From the NCBI GenBank assembly GCA_002167855.2, contig NHBG02000019.1, forward strand, positions 39,407-103,406: DNA of 64,000 nt. The letters run 5' to 3'. The stretch's first letter is position 1. The number at the start of each line of letters is the position of its first letter. This document shows positions 9,125 to 19,500 of this stretch, in pieces. The stretch comes from Gammaproteobacteria bacterium TMED1. GTDB taxonomy: Bacteria; Pseudomonadota; Gammaproteobacteria; Pseudomonadales; Azotimanducaceae. The translations under genes and the position numbers were made by a program. The notes beneath the pieces were generated by a model. That model ran no database searches. It was not told the origin of the DNA and was given only the letters and a program-made list of their open reading frames with translations.

Positions 9125-11236
9125 TTACCTCTTATTTAACAAATTAAGAATAAATGAATACTCTAAAGCATCTCTTCTAAGACGAAGATAATTATCAGAT
9201 GCACCGTGATGACCTGTATCCAGGTCGATATCTAGCAATAGTAGATTCTCATCGATCTTCAATCGTCTCAGTCTTGACACCCATTTTACAGGCTCAAAAT
9301 ACTGTACTCTGGAATCATATAACCCAGTGGTAACAAGCATATTCGGATATCTCTGAGCTCTAACTTGATCATAAGGTGAGTAAGACATCATATAATCAAA
9401 ATACTGCTTTTTATTCGGGTTTCCCCATTCGCTGTATTCTCCCGATGTAAGTGGAATTGATTCATCAAGCATAGTCGTAACAGGATCAACGAAAGGAACG
9501 CGAGCAACGATCCCAAGATAAAGTTCAGGCGCTTCATTGGCAAGCACCCCCATCAGCAACCCTCCTGCTGACGATCCGGCGGCGAACACTTTTTTAGAAT
9601 TTATATAGTTACGTTCAACGAGAGCCCTTGTGCCATCAATAAAGTCATTAAAAGTATTTTTCTTGCGAAGCAGTCTACCTTCATCGTACCAACGGCGGCC
9701 CATTTCAGATCCACCTCGGACATGAATGATTGCGAAAACAAATCCTCTATCTAATAGCGACAATCTCTTTGACTGGAAAGCGGCTTTAGTGGAGTAACCG
9801 TAAGCACCATAGGCATGCAGGTAGCCTGGGTTTGAACCTGAACTAAACCTGTCCTTCCGATAAACTAAAGAGATTGGTACTTCGACACCATCTCTAGCTT
9901 TAAAAAAGATTCGTTCCGAGCGATAGTTCAAAGGGTCAAAATCGCCAACTATACGATCAGTCTTAATTACGTTTGATCTGCCGGTGGATAAGTCGTATTC
10001 GTAAATGCTTTGAGGTGTTGTCAAACTTGAATAAGAGTATCGTAGTATCGTACTTTGAGAATCAGGGTTAGAATATAGTTTTGCAAAGTAGGTTGGTTCA
10101 CCGAAGTCAATTAAGCTTTCGTTGCCAGTCTCTCGGTTTATTACTCTAAACCGTGTCAATCCCTGAAAACGTTCTGCCAGAACAAAATAGTCCTCAAATA
10201 TTTCAAAGTCCTCTAGCAAAATATCACTTCTATGTTTTACAACCTCTTCCCATTGCTGACGCGTACCAATTGACTCCGTCTGAACCCGCATTAACTTATA
10301 GTTACTCGCATTCCAATTTGTCAGAATATAGAAATAATCCTTGTGATGCCTAATACGGTAATCATGGCCAACCTCGCGCTCGAGAAATATTTTAGGAGGC
10401 TTAGTAGGCATCTCAGCGTCTACTAGAAGAATTTCTGAAGAATCTGCACTCGAATTAGTAATAACTATGTATTTTTTTGAACGAGTGAGAAAGACGCTTG
10501 AATAGAAGGCTTTATCAAATTCCTCATAAACCAGATTAGTAGGTCCTCCTCCAATTTCGTATCGGTATACCTTATAAGGAAGCAGTGTCTGTGGATGCTT
10601 TCTGACATAAAAAAGTGTTTGATTATCGGAGGCCCAAGCAAGGGCTGGCGACACTCCTGAGATTTCATCTGCAAAATATTCATTCTTACTTATATTTTTA
10701 AGACGTACGCGAAAAACTCCTTGACTAAACTCATCCTCTGCAAATGCCAGCAGCTTATGATCTTGGCTCACACTGAAGTTTCCAATTTCATAGAACGCCT
10801 TCCCGCTCGACAACGTATTAGCGTCTAATAATGTGGTCTCGCCGAGGTCGCCAGCAAGCTTACGCTTATATACTGGATATTGCTTACCTGATAAAAACTC
10901 CTGAAAGTATAAATACTGGTCGCGTTGAATTGGAACGGACTTCTTCACACTGGGTAGCCGTGATGAAATTTCCTCGATAAGAGATTTTTGTGATGCAGTA
11001 GTGTGCTTCATCACTGCATCCGTATAAGCATTCTCTAATTCAAGTAATTCAAGTACTGTTTCATTCTGTCGCAAGTCATCTCGAATCCAATAGTACTCAT
11101 CAATTCGATTATAACCATGATTCTGCAGTATCTTGTGTTGCATTGGTGCAACGGGAGGAACCGGTGTATCAATAGAACCATCCTCTCGAGAACATGCCAT
11201 TATTAGAATTATGACGAGTATTATGAAAATACGCAT
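9125..11236 (-). CDS. ptrB: oligopeptidase B (protease II), S9A prolyl oligopeptidase family, with a lipoprotein-type signal peptide
   Basis: 703 aa. Beta-propeller N-terminal part, nucleophile elbow AAGSSAGGLLMG, and C-terminal DTGHHGAS. The N-terminus MRIFIILVIILIMAC has a lipobox-like IMAC. Confidence 0.9.
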   Translation of the reverse strand: MRIFIILVIILIMACSREDGSIDTPVPPVAPMQHKILQNHGYNRIDEYYWIRDDLRQNETVLELLELENAYTDAVMKHTTASQKSLIEEISSRLPSVKKSVPIQRDQYLYFQEFLSGKQYPVYKRKLAGDLGETTLLDANTLSSGKAFYEIGNFSVSQDHKLLAFAEDEFSQGVFRVRLKNISKNEYFADEISGVSPALAWASDNQTLFYVRKHPQTLLPYKVYRYEIGGGPTNLVYEEFDKAFYSSVFLTRSKKYIVITNSSADSSEILLVDAEMPTKPPKIFLEREVGHDYRIRHHKDYFYILTNWNASNYKLMRVQTESIGTRQQWEEVVKHRSDILLEDFEIFEDYFVLAERFQGLTRFRVINRETGNESLIDFGEPTYFAKLYSNPDSQSTILRYSYSSLTTPQSIYEYDLSTGRSNVIKTDRIVGDFDPLNYRSERIFFKARDGVEVPISLVYRKDRFSSGSNPGYLHAYGAYGYSTKAAFQSKRLSLLDRGFVFAIIHVRGGSEMGRRWYDEGRLLRKKNTFNDFIDGTRALVERNYINSKKVFAAGSSAGGLLMGVLANEAPELYLGIVARVPFVDPVTTMLDESIPLTSGEYSEWGNPNKKQYFDYMMSYSPYDQVRAQRYPNMLVTTGLYDSRVQYFEPVKWVSRLRRLKIDENLLLLDIDLDTGHHGASDNYLRLRRDALEYSFILNLLNKR

Positions 11237-11367
11237 AGGAGAAGTATCTCATTAAACCAGGGTAAGGAAATCATTGACCAACTTTAAATTCAACTAAATT
11301 TTGACTAGAAAAGAGGTACATAGTTGTTTTGATAATGACTATAGAACTAACCATACAATCTTTTTTA

Positions 11368-11418
11368 TTGACCACATTTAAGAACTATGATTATATTATA
11401 CTGTACACATATACAGTA
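11368..11418 (+). promoter_or_regulatory. sigma70-like promoter (TTGACC-18nt-TATATT) with an overlapping LexA SOS box TACTGTACACATATACAGTA upstream of imuA
   Basis: CTGT-N8-ACAG lies at 11401-11416. It is embedded in 15-nt perfect inverted arms (11391-11405 and 11412-11426). The -35 is at 11368-11373 and the -10 at 11392-11397. Confidence 0.75.
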
Positions 11419-11434
11419 TAATATAAATAATTCA

Positions 11435-12187
11435 GTGGACAAATTAGAACGTCTTATAAACGAGACTGGGCTTTGGCAAGCCTCAAATATCAATTGTGAG
11501 TTTAGGCAAGGCTTATCTTCTGGATATCCTCTACTTGATACCCATCTAACCGGTTCAGGCTGGCCAGAAGATGGTGTAACAGAGTTACTCTATGATCATT
11601 ATGGTATCGGTGAACTACGTTTATTAGCTCCTGCCCTCGCATACCTGAGCCAGCAACAATCTAAAGCAATACTCATGATTTCACCACCCTTCATCCCTTA
11701 TCCACCAGCGTTAAATGCATACAGTATCAATCTAAAAAACTTATTTATCGTTCAACCAAAGACCTTAAAGGATAGTTTGTGGGTACTGGAGCAAGCACTT
11801 AGTTCAAAAGGCTTTGGTGTAGTAATGGCTTGGCCAAAAAAAATCTCGGATAAGCAAATCCGACGACTACAAGTAGCCAGTAAAGGAGGTAATACTTGGA
11901 ATATTCTATTTCGTCGGATACATGTAGGATCTTCACCGGCAGAATTACGTATCCGTTTATATGCAACCAACAATGACCCGCACACGAATAGCTCAGTACA
12001 TGTAAAAATTGTCAAACAACGTGGTGGCTGGGAGAGTGGTATCTTTAGAATTAATTTTACTGATAACCTTAATCAAAAAACACTCGATTTCTCTAAGCTC
12101 TCAACCAACCACTCTGATCATTATAATGACACGAACGTATTACAATGGCCTATGGATTTGTCTTCATTTCCAGAAGCTACCGATTGA
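11435..12187 (+). CDS. imuA: translesion-synthesis accessory protein ImuA (SulA/RecA-fold)
   Basis: GLWQAS...GLSSGYPLLDTHLTGSGWPEDGVTELL...GIGELRLLAPALA is a typical ImuA N-terminus. It lies upstream of imuB. I moved the start to GTG 11435 because the ATG at 11387 sits inside the promoter spacer, upstream of the SOS box. Confidence 0.75.
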   Translation: MDKLERLINETGLWQASNINCEFRQGLSSGYPLLDTHLTGSGWPEDGVTELLYDHYGIGELRLLAPALAYLSQQQSKAILMISPPFIPYPPALNAYSINLKNLFIVQPKTLKDSLWVLEQALSSKGFGVVMAWPKKISDKQIRRLQVASKGGNTWNILFRRIHVGSSPAELRIRLYATNNDPHTNSSVHVKIVKQRGGWESGIFRINFTDNLNQKTLDFSKLSTNHSDHYNDTNVLQWPMDLSSFPEATD

Positions 12188-13583
12188 AATATTTACTCGG
12201 GAGAAAACCGCAAAACCTGTCGTCGTTACCGTTAAACAACGTATCGTAAGTATCAATCATAGCGCTTCAGTATTAGGCATATGTATCGGCAATAACTTAG
12301 ATACAGCACACATGCTGGCAGATAATCTAGTTTGTTTTGAAAAAAATGAAGACAAAGAACTTTCTGCTCTCAAGCACTTAGCTCAATGGGCTTATCAATT
12401 TACACCTAAAGTCTCGATCAAAACACCTAATAGTATTCAACTAGAAGTTAGATCTTCATTAAAGCTTTTTTTCGGGATCAAAAATATAGAGTCGAAGCTA
12501 CGAACAGGATTAAAGAAAATGGGCTTTTCTGTACAAGTGGGAATACATAAAACACCATTAGCAGCTCTTGCCATGGCTAAAAGCAGTAGATCCGCACTAA
12601 AAAATATTCCTGTAGATGAGCTAGATATTGAACTACAAGTTATTGAAGGGCTAAAGAAAGTAGGAGTTTTTTCTCTTAAAGACATTCTCGATTTACCAAA
12701 AAGCGGGCTAACAAGACGCTATGGAAGCTCAATTGTCGATTATCTGGAGCGTCTACTAGGAGAAAAACCAGACCCTCAAATATTTATCAATGAACAACCA
12801 AACTTTTCAAGCGAAATCAACTTCCTTAGCGAAATTACTAATATTAAATCTCTATTATTCCCAATACGAAGATTATTAAATGAACTTCATGGATTCTTAA
12901 CTTCAAGACAGTTAGCAGTAAACAACTTTATACTTAAACTAACCTATCATAAAAATCGAATACAATCTTTCAATATTCATCTTACAGAACCAACAAATGA
13001 TGTCTCTACTTTCTTATTGTTAAGTGAAATACAAATCGAAAAAATTCGTGGTATCCGAGAGATCAACTCTCTCAAGCTAACTGCCCATAATTTTTTCCCA
13101 ATGCCTTCTCTACCGGGAGACTTGTTTCATGGGACTCAATTTCAACAAAAAGACGGAAGGATGACCAACACTGTCGAACAGGAAGATCGCAATCGATTAT
13201 TTAACATGATGAATACTCGTCTTGGACCACACGCTTATTTCCAGTTATCCCAAGAAAATGATCATCGACCTGAAAAGGCCTGGAGTATTATCCCAAAAGA
13301 TACAAAATCAGGACCGCAAAATCATTTTACTGCCATCAATAATCGACCAATGTTCCTATTAAACAAACCCAGGAAGTTGAAATTGAGGAAAAACCAGCCT
13401 TACCTAAACGGTAAACTAATATTACTAGGGGGCCCAGAACGTATTGATTATGGATGGTGGGACTACAATATAAATAGAGATTACTATGTCGCAAGGGATG
13501 ACCATACTAATTCTATCTATTGGATCTTCCATGACCAAGACCATAAAGATCTACAATGGTTTTTACATGGTATTTTCGCTTAG
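12126..13583 (+). CDS. imuB: ImuB, Y-family DNA polymerase-like protein of the imuA-imuB-dnaE2 mutasome
   Basis: The N-terminus LWICLHFQKLPIEIF...KPVVV matches the usual ImuB start (LWLALHFPxLPLE). Length is about 485 aa. I chose the start at ATG 12126, which overlaps imuA by 62 nt. The ORF-track start at 12009 lies deep inside imuA. Confidence 0.75.
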   Translation: MTRTYYNGLWICLHFQKLPIEIFTREKTAKPVVVTVKQRIVSINHSASVLGICIGNNLDTAHMLADNLVCFEKNEDKELSALKHLAQWAYQFTPKVSIKTPNSIQLEVRSSLKLFFGIKNIESKLRTGLKKMGFSVQVGIHKTPLAALAMAKSSRSALKNIPVDELDIELQVIEGLKKVGVFSLKDILDLPKSGLTRRYGSSIVDYLERLLGEKPDPQIFINEQPNFSSEINFLSEITNIKSLLFPIRRLLNELHGFLTSRQLAVNNFILKLTYHKNRIQSFNIHLTEPTNDVSTFLLLSEIQIEKIRGIREINSLKLTAHNFFPMPSLPGDLFHGTQFQQKDGRMTNTVEQEDRNRLFNMMNTRLGPHAYFQLSQENDHRPEKAWSIIPKDTKSGPQNHFTAINNRPMFLLNKPRKLKLRKNQPYLNGKLILLGGPERIDYGWWDYNINRDYYVARDDHTNSIYWIFHDQDHKDLQWFLHGIFA

Positions 13584-13653
13584 AAGTTACATAATAAAGA
13601 CATGCTAAAAAACAAATGACATAATCAGCCTTTGGTCTTATTTGGACTTTACT

Positions 13654-14124
13654 ATGCCGAAACTATATGAACTCGAGATGCACTCTATAGAGGGAGAACT
13701 GGTATCATTTTCCAAGTTTCGCGGACAGCCCTTAATAATTGTTAATCTTGCGAGTCACTGCGGTCTTACCCCTCAGTACGAAGGTTTGTGTGAGCTTCAC
13801 AAACAGGGCGCCGTTCATGTTTTGGGATTCCCCTGTAACCAATTTGGTAACCAGGAACCAGGCACAGATGCTGATATCCTAGAATTCGCCAAATCAAAAT
13901 ACAATTCTAACTTTCCAATATTTTCAAAGATTGAAGTCAATGGAGAGAATACGTGCGAGCTTTACCAATGGTTGAAGTCAGAGAAAGCTGATGCCGAGGG
14001 TAACAGCGATATTAGCTGGAATTTCACCAAATTCTTGGTTAGTAAAGATGGTCAGGTACTTGCACGCTTCGACCCAGGAACAACCCCAGACGACATAAGA
14101 ATAAAACTGGACGATTTCCTATAA
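13654..14124 (+). CDS. glutathione peroxidase
   Basis: GPx signatures NLASHCGLTPQYEGL, LGFPCNQFGNQEPG and WNFTKFLV. ATG 13654 (MPKLYELEM...) is preferred over TTG 13642. Confidence 0.9.
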   Translation: MPKLYELEMHSIEGELVSFSKFRGQPLIIVNLASHCGLTPQYEGLCELHKQGAVHVLGFPCNQFGNQEPGTDADILEFAKSKYNSNFPIFSKIEVNGENTCELYQWLKSEKADAEGNSDISWNFTKFLVSKDGQVLARFDPGTTPDDIRIKLDDFL

Positions 14125-14159
14125 TTCGTCACCTTATTACCATTTTTGGTCGCAAGCCG

Positions 14160-14840
14160 GTGATTGAAGCGCTTCGATCGGAGCATAAGGTGGCGCGTCT
14201 ACACATCGCAAGAGATATTAAACACTCGGCTATCACGCAACAACTTATAGAACTCGCGGAGGCTAACGAGACTGAAGTAAAGTACCATAGCCGAAGAGAA
14301 CTCTCCTACATATCGAAGAATAGCCGACAAGATCAAGGAGTAGCAATCGACCTTGTTGCACCCAAACTTAACCTGCTAGATGATCTACCCAGCAACACTA
14401 AAAATCTCATCGTTCTTGATGGTATTACCAATCCCCTGAATCTGGGGATAATTATTCGCTCAGTAGCAGCCTCTCCCCTAGATGGTCTAGTGCTACCAAG
14501 GAAGGGTAATGCAACAATCGGCCCTCTTGTATATAAGGCTAGCGCAGGATTCCTCCTTAGGGCAAATATCTACCAATGCGAAACCACTGTTTCCGGATTA
14601 AATTATTTACAAGGCCGCCAATTCAAGCTCTACGGCCTGTCAAGTCATAGCACAACTAAATTAAACGAGACAGTTTTAAAAGCCCCATCAGTTTTTATAC
14701 TGGGTAATGAAAGTAAAGGGCTTTCCTCTGAGGCTGAAGCGATGTGTAATCAACTCGTCAGTATCCCGATGGCAAACGGCATAGAATCGATTAATGTAAG
14801 TGCTGCAGCAACACTCGTAGCATTTCACTGTTTGTATTGA
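14160..14840 (+). CDS. SpoU/TrmH-family RNA 2'-O-methyltransferase (RlmB-like); the true start is probably upstream, between 14124 and 14142
   Basis: Motifs LDGITNPLNLGIIIRS, ILGNESKGLS and SIPMANGIESINVSAAATLVAF. Coordinates use the first canonical start, GTG 14160. The conserved IFGRKPVIEAL begins upstream of it (see findings). Confidence 0.85.
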   Translation: MIEALRSEHKVARLHIARDIKHSAITQQLIELAEANETEVKYHSRRELSYISKNSRQDQGVAIDLVAPKLNLLDDLPSNTKNLIVLDGITNPLNLGIIIRSVAASPLDGLVLPRKGNATIGPLVYKASAGFLLRANIYQCETTVSGLNYLQGRQFKLYGLSSHSTTKLNETVLKAPSVFILGNESKGLSSEAEAMCNQLVSIPMANGIESINVSAAATLVAFHCLY

Positions 14841-14937
14841 AATGCAGTTCAATCACTAGGCCTGTTGTATTGGTTATAATGAGCAGGTATCGTTGCGCGA
14901 AGCTTTTATTTGTCGATGTAGAATAACTGAAAACTTT

Positions 14938-16287
14938 ATGAAACGAATTTGTCTCATCCTGTCTTTACTGCTCTTAATAAGTGGATGTGGTAATGAAAGT
15001 GGCTTCAATGAACAAGATCTGAGAATACCCTCAGGATTTGTGCGCGTCGTGCATGCTATGCCTGACGCTCCCCGACTAGTCACCAAAATTCAGGCTCAAA
15101 GGCTACCCTCATTAAACTTCGGAGAGTCCACTCCGTACCAACCGACTATCCCGGAGATCGAAAGGAAGCTAGAAATTAGTTTCTTTAATGGTAATGACGA
15201 AACAACCGTCGCAACACGAGCTATCAGCGTGCCCAATGAACATCTTTTTACCATTATTATCGCGGGAACCATGGCTGCTCCAGAGATTATAATGTTTTCA
15301 AATGAACAGCCGACTTCTAAGGAAGAGATACCAGTTCAAATATTTAACGCATCTATTCGAGACCCAGCCTCTTATGACTTTTTTTTGACTCGCGGCAATG
15401 AGGTATCTTCGAATCCAACGTCGCAACTCTCTTCACTTCAAATATCCGAAAGTTATCTAATACCGGCCGCTTTAAACTACCGTCTGCAATTTTCTAAGAC
15501 AGGAAGTAACGAGATTATTTGGGACTCAGGACCTTTCCAAATCGCGGAAACCAGTTCCAATCCTTTATTCGTAGTGCTAGATAATTTTGGAACCAGCCCA
15601 GAGGCCGTCCGCGTAATCGCCTATGACAACGAAAGACTTGTTTTTCCGAAGGATCCCACCGCTAGTGCGATACGTATTGCACACATGATAGCCGATGTAG
15701 GTCCGTTGGATATATATGTTGAGGGAGAGCTAGTTGACCAAAATATAAGTTTTCAGGAAGTTGGAATGATTAAAGAAGTAGCCCCGGGGGACAGAGCCTT
15801 TTCAATAACAAGTGCTGGAAATTCTGATGACGTTATCGTACAAGAAACTTTAGCTGTAAGCCCGGGTGATTTCCATACCGTCGCGCTTATCAATAGTATG
15901 GAAGAACCTCTAGCTGTAATAAATACTGATTCTTTTCGAAGAATCCCTCAAACCATTACACTCACAATTAGCAATTATTCTACAAATGCAGCTGATGTAA
16001 GCATTTTTGTTTTAGAAGCCGGTGAGGACCCGAGTGATTCATTTCCAATAACCCAACAGAGATTTGGACAGACTACCGTGAATACATTGCCGGAAAACAA
16101 CTATGAATTTTTTGTGTATAACCCTCTTTCGAATATACCTCTCGCAGGTCCATTGTTACTGGCAGCCTCAGGTAAAGCACTGTATAGAATATACATTGCC
16201 GATCAAACTGATCCTAGCCTTCCTATCCAGCTCCTGCTGGGTGATGATTTAGATCCGCCCTTCGAACCTTTGATCAATCATGACTAA
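14938..16287 (+). CDS. DUF4397 domain-containing lipoprotein
   Basis: MKRICLILSLLLLISGCGNE is a signal peptide with a lipobox. Repeats resemble RVVHAMPDAPRLV and IRIAHMIADVGPLDIYVEGELV, typical of DUF4397. ATG 14938 is preferred over the ORF-track start at 14893. Confidence 0.7.
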   Translation: MKRICLILSLLLLISGCGNESGFNEQDLRIPSGFVRVVHAMPDAPRLVTKIQAQRLPSLNFGESTPYQPTIPEIERKLEISFFNGNDETTVATRAISVPNEHLFTIIIAGTMAAPEIIMFSNEQPTSKEEIPVQIFNASIRDPASYDFFLTRGNEVSSNPTSQLSSLQISESYLIPAALNYRLQFSKTGSNEIIWDSGPFQIAETSSNPLFVVLDNFGTSPEAVRVIAYDNERLVFPKDPTASAIRIAHMIADVGPLDIYVEGELVDQNISFQEVGMIKEVAPGDRAFSITSAGNSDDVIVQETLAVSPGDFHTVALINSMEEPLAVINTDSFRRIPQTITLTISNYSTNAADVSIFVLEAGEDPSDSFPITQQRFGQTTVNTLPENNYEFFVYNPLSNIPLAGPLLLAASGKALYRIYIADQTDPSLPIQLLLGDDLDPPFEPLINHD

Positions 16288-16417
16288 AACGAGGGAAATT
16301 AAGTAGCGATGTAGTTGTTTGCCTAGTATGGGTTATACATTTGCAATTCTTGTTTAACAGCTTCGAACTGTGCACTCCCAGATCACGGAAACTTAGTATC
16401 TTAAGGATAAAAGAGTC

Positions 16418-16455
16418 TTGAATGGCTGTTTAAATAACTGTATATTTATACAGTT
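16418..16455 (+). promoter_or_regulatory. sigma70-like promoter (TTGAAT-17nt-TATATT) overlapped by the LexA SOS box AACTGTATATTTATACAGTT upstream of dnaE2
   Basis: CTGT-N8-ACAG lies at 16438-16453, inside a 30-nt near-perfect palindrome TAAATAACTGTATATTTATACAGTTATTTA (16431-16460). The -10 hexamer at 16441-16446 lies inside the box. Confidence 0.75.
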
Positions 16456-16538
16456 ATTTAAACTAATTCCTGAGTATAACTATTAGCTCTCCACCACCAA
16501 GATATGCAGAATTACACTGCATTAGCAATTACTCTTTT

Positions 16539-19500
16539 TTGAGAGGAGCCTCCCACCCAGAGGAACTCATTACAAGAGCGTCAGCCCTAGGCTATGAGGC
16601 CTTAGCTGTCACAGATGAATGCTCCATGTCTGGTATCGTCAAAGCGCATGTGGCCGCCAAGGAGCATAGCCTCAGACTTATTATCGGCAGCGAATTTCAT
16701 CTGGAAGAAGATATCCATATTGTACTACTAGCTCCTAACAGGGTTGCCTACGGACAAATTTGTAACATTATTACTATTGGTCGCCACCAGGCATTAAAGG
16801 GAGAATATAAACTTGCTCTAAGCGACTTAAAGCCCACCTGTGATGCCTGCCTAGCGCTATTAATTCCCAACGAGCGTTCTATTCAATGCAGCCATATACC
16901 AAACCTAAGATCATTTTTTGAAGACCGTTTATGGATTAGTCTAGAGATGTTCCCCGACGGCCAATCTCTCTTTCAATTTCAAAACGCAATGGCCTTATCA
17001 AAAAAATATAACCTACCAATCGTCGCTAGCGGCGATATTCACATGCATCATAAGAATCGTAAGGCTCTACATGACGTGTTATCAGCCGTAAGAATGAATC
17101 AATCATTACATTTAGCAGGGCGTCTATTATTTAGTAATAAGGAAAAATACCTACGACCGTTGTCTCTACTAAACAAACTGTATCCAAAGGAACTATTAGC
17201 AAACACTATTCAAATAGCTGATCTCTGCACATTTTCATTAGATGAACTACGCTATGAATACCCACAAGAACTTGTTCCTCTAAATCTCACACCAACGACC
17301 TATCTGCGTCAACTTGTAACCGAAGGTGCTACAAAACGCTGGGATCATGAAACTCCTAGCGAAGTGCTTTCGTTAATTGAGAAAGAGTTAACACTAATTG
17401 CAGAACTAAAATACGAATACTACTTCTTAACCGTTTTTGATATAGTAAATTTCGCTCGCAGCCAAGGTATTTTATGTCAAGGCCGAGGTTCCGCAGCCAA
17501 TAGCGCTGTCTGTTATTGCCTTGGAATTACAGAGGTAGACCCATCCCGTATTAGCCTTTTATTCGAGAGATTCATATCCAAGGAGCGTAACGAGCCTCCA
17601 GATATCGATGTTGATTTCGAGCATGAACGTCGAGAGGAAGTGATCCAATATATTTATAGGAAATATGGCCGTAATCGTGCGGCTATCGCGGCAACAGTGA
17701 TTACTTATCGCCCTAAAAGCGCTATTCGAGATGTAGGTAAAGTCCTTGGTATAGACTCACAGTTAATTGACCGGCTGGCAAAATCTTTATCATGGTGGGA
17801 CAAACAAGAAGAATTACAGCTACGCTTTTCTGAAGTAGGTATTAATCCAAAAAGCCCATTAGTTGGTCACTTCCTGACATTAGTTCGTCAAATTCTTGGT
17901 TTCCCTAGGCATTTATCCCAGCATGTCGGCGGCTTCGTGATTTCAAGAGGACCTCTCTCCCAGCTTGTACCCGTAGAAAATACTGCGATGAAAGATCGTA
18001 CCATTATTCAATGGGATAAAAATGATCTCTTATCACTGGGATTACTCAAAATTGATGTACTGGCACTTGGTATGCTGACATCAATCCGGAAAAGTATTGA
18101 CTTAATAAACTCATACCGAAACACACACCTAACGCTTGATAAAATCCCGCCAGAAGATATAGATACTTATAGAATGTTACAAGAGGGAGATAGTATCGGT
18201 GTTTTTCAGGTCGAGTCCCGGGCACAAATCTCAATGCTGTCACGACTGAGACCAAAATGCTTTTATGATTTAGTTATCGAAGTTGCTATAGTCCGTCCCG
18301 GACCTATCCAAGGGAATATGGTACACCCCTATCTAAAACGTCGTAATGGCGAAGAATCAGTAAGCTACGCCAATAGAGAAATTCAAGACGTACTAGAGAG
18401 AACACTAGGCGTACCTATTTTTCAAGAACAGGTAATTAAATTAGCAGTAGTTGCTGCAGGTTTTAGTCCTGGGGAAGCAGACCAGTTAAGACGAGCGATG
18501 GCAGCCTGGAAGCGCCGCGGAGGATTAGAACAATTTAGGGAAAAATTAATCCATGGCATGCTACAAAAAGGTATCAAACAAGACTTTTCTCAGCGTATCT
18601 TCGAACAAATCAAGGGATTTGGTGAATATGGCTTCCCGGAATCTCATGCCGCAAGCTTTGCTTTATTAGTCTACATCTCTGCTTGGCTAAAGCGACACGA
18701 ACCAGCAGCTTTCTACTGTGGACTTTTAAATAGCCAGCCCATGGGTTTTTACTCACCATACCAGTTAATTCAAGATGCTCAGAGGCATAAAGTCGAAATT
18801 CTTCCAGTAGATATTCGATATAGCGAATGGGAATCAACATTGGCAAATCATAAACAAGCACCCGCTATTCGTTTAGGCTTCCAAAGAATTAAAGGATTTC
18901 GTCAAACTACGGCCCTTCGCATCATTCAGGCAAGGCACGAAAAAATTATCACAAGCATTCAGGACATAACGATGAGAGGAAGGCTAGATCGAGGTGATCT
19001 TTCAAAGCTTACTGAGGGTGGTGCATTTAAGTACATCTCTGGGAATCGATATCAGACCCACTGGTACACCCAAGGTGTTCTCCCAGACTCACTACTTATC
19101 GATAATAACTCTGCTAAGGAAGTACCATTTAAAATCAATCGAATACCTTCAGAAGCTGATGATCTAATTACTGATTTCAAAAGTCTTGAGCTAACATTAG
19201 GACGTCATCCCATGGCATTACTCCGAGAACAGGGGGACCCTTTCACTAAATGCTATACAGCTCATGATCTTGAGATCATAAAGCATGGTAGTATGGTGAA
19301 AATATCTGGAATCGTTACCAGCCGCCAGCGCCCTAGTTCCGCCTCTGGCGTAATTTTTCTAACACTCGAGGATGAAACAAATAATATTAACGTTATTATT
19401 TGGAAACATATGCTTGAACGTTTTCATGCAGCAATACTTCAGGGGCAACTGCTTTTAATACAAGGAACTCTAGAGAGAGAATCATCAGTAATCCACATCA

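Noticed and set aside
11387-11434. ATG 11387 as the imuA start, and 12009 as the imuB start
   Set aside because: ATG 11387 lies between the -35 and -10 elements and upstream of the LexA box, so it would not be on the mRNA. Position 12009 lies 178 nt inside imuA, and the encoded residues are not ImuB-like until about 12126.
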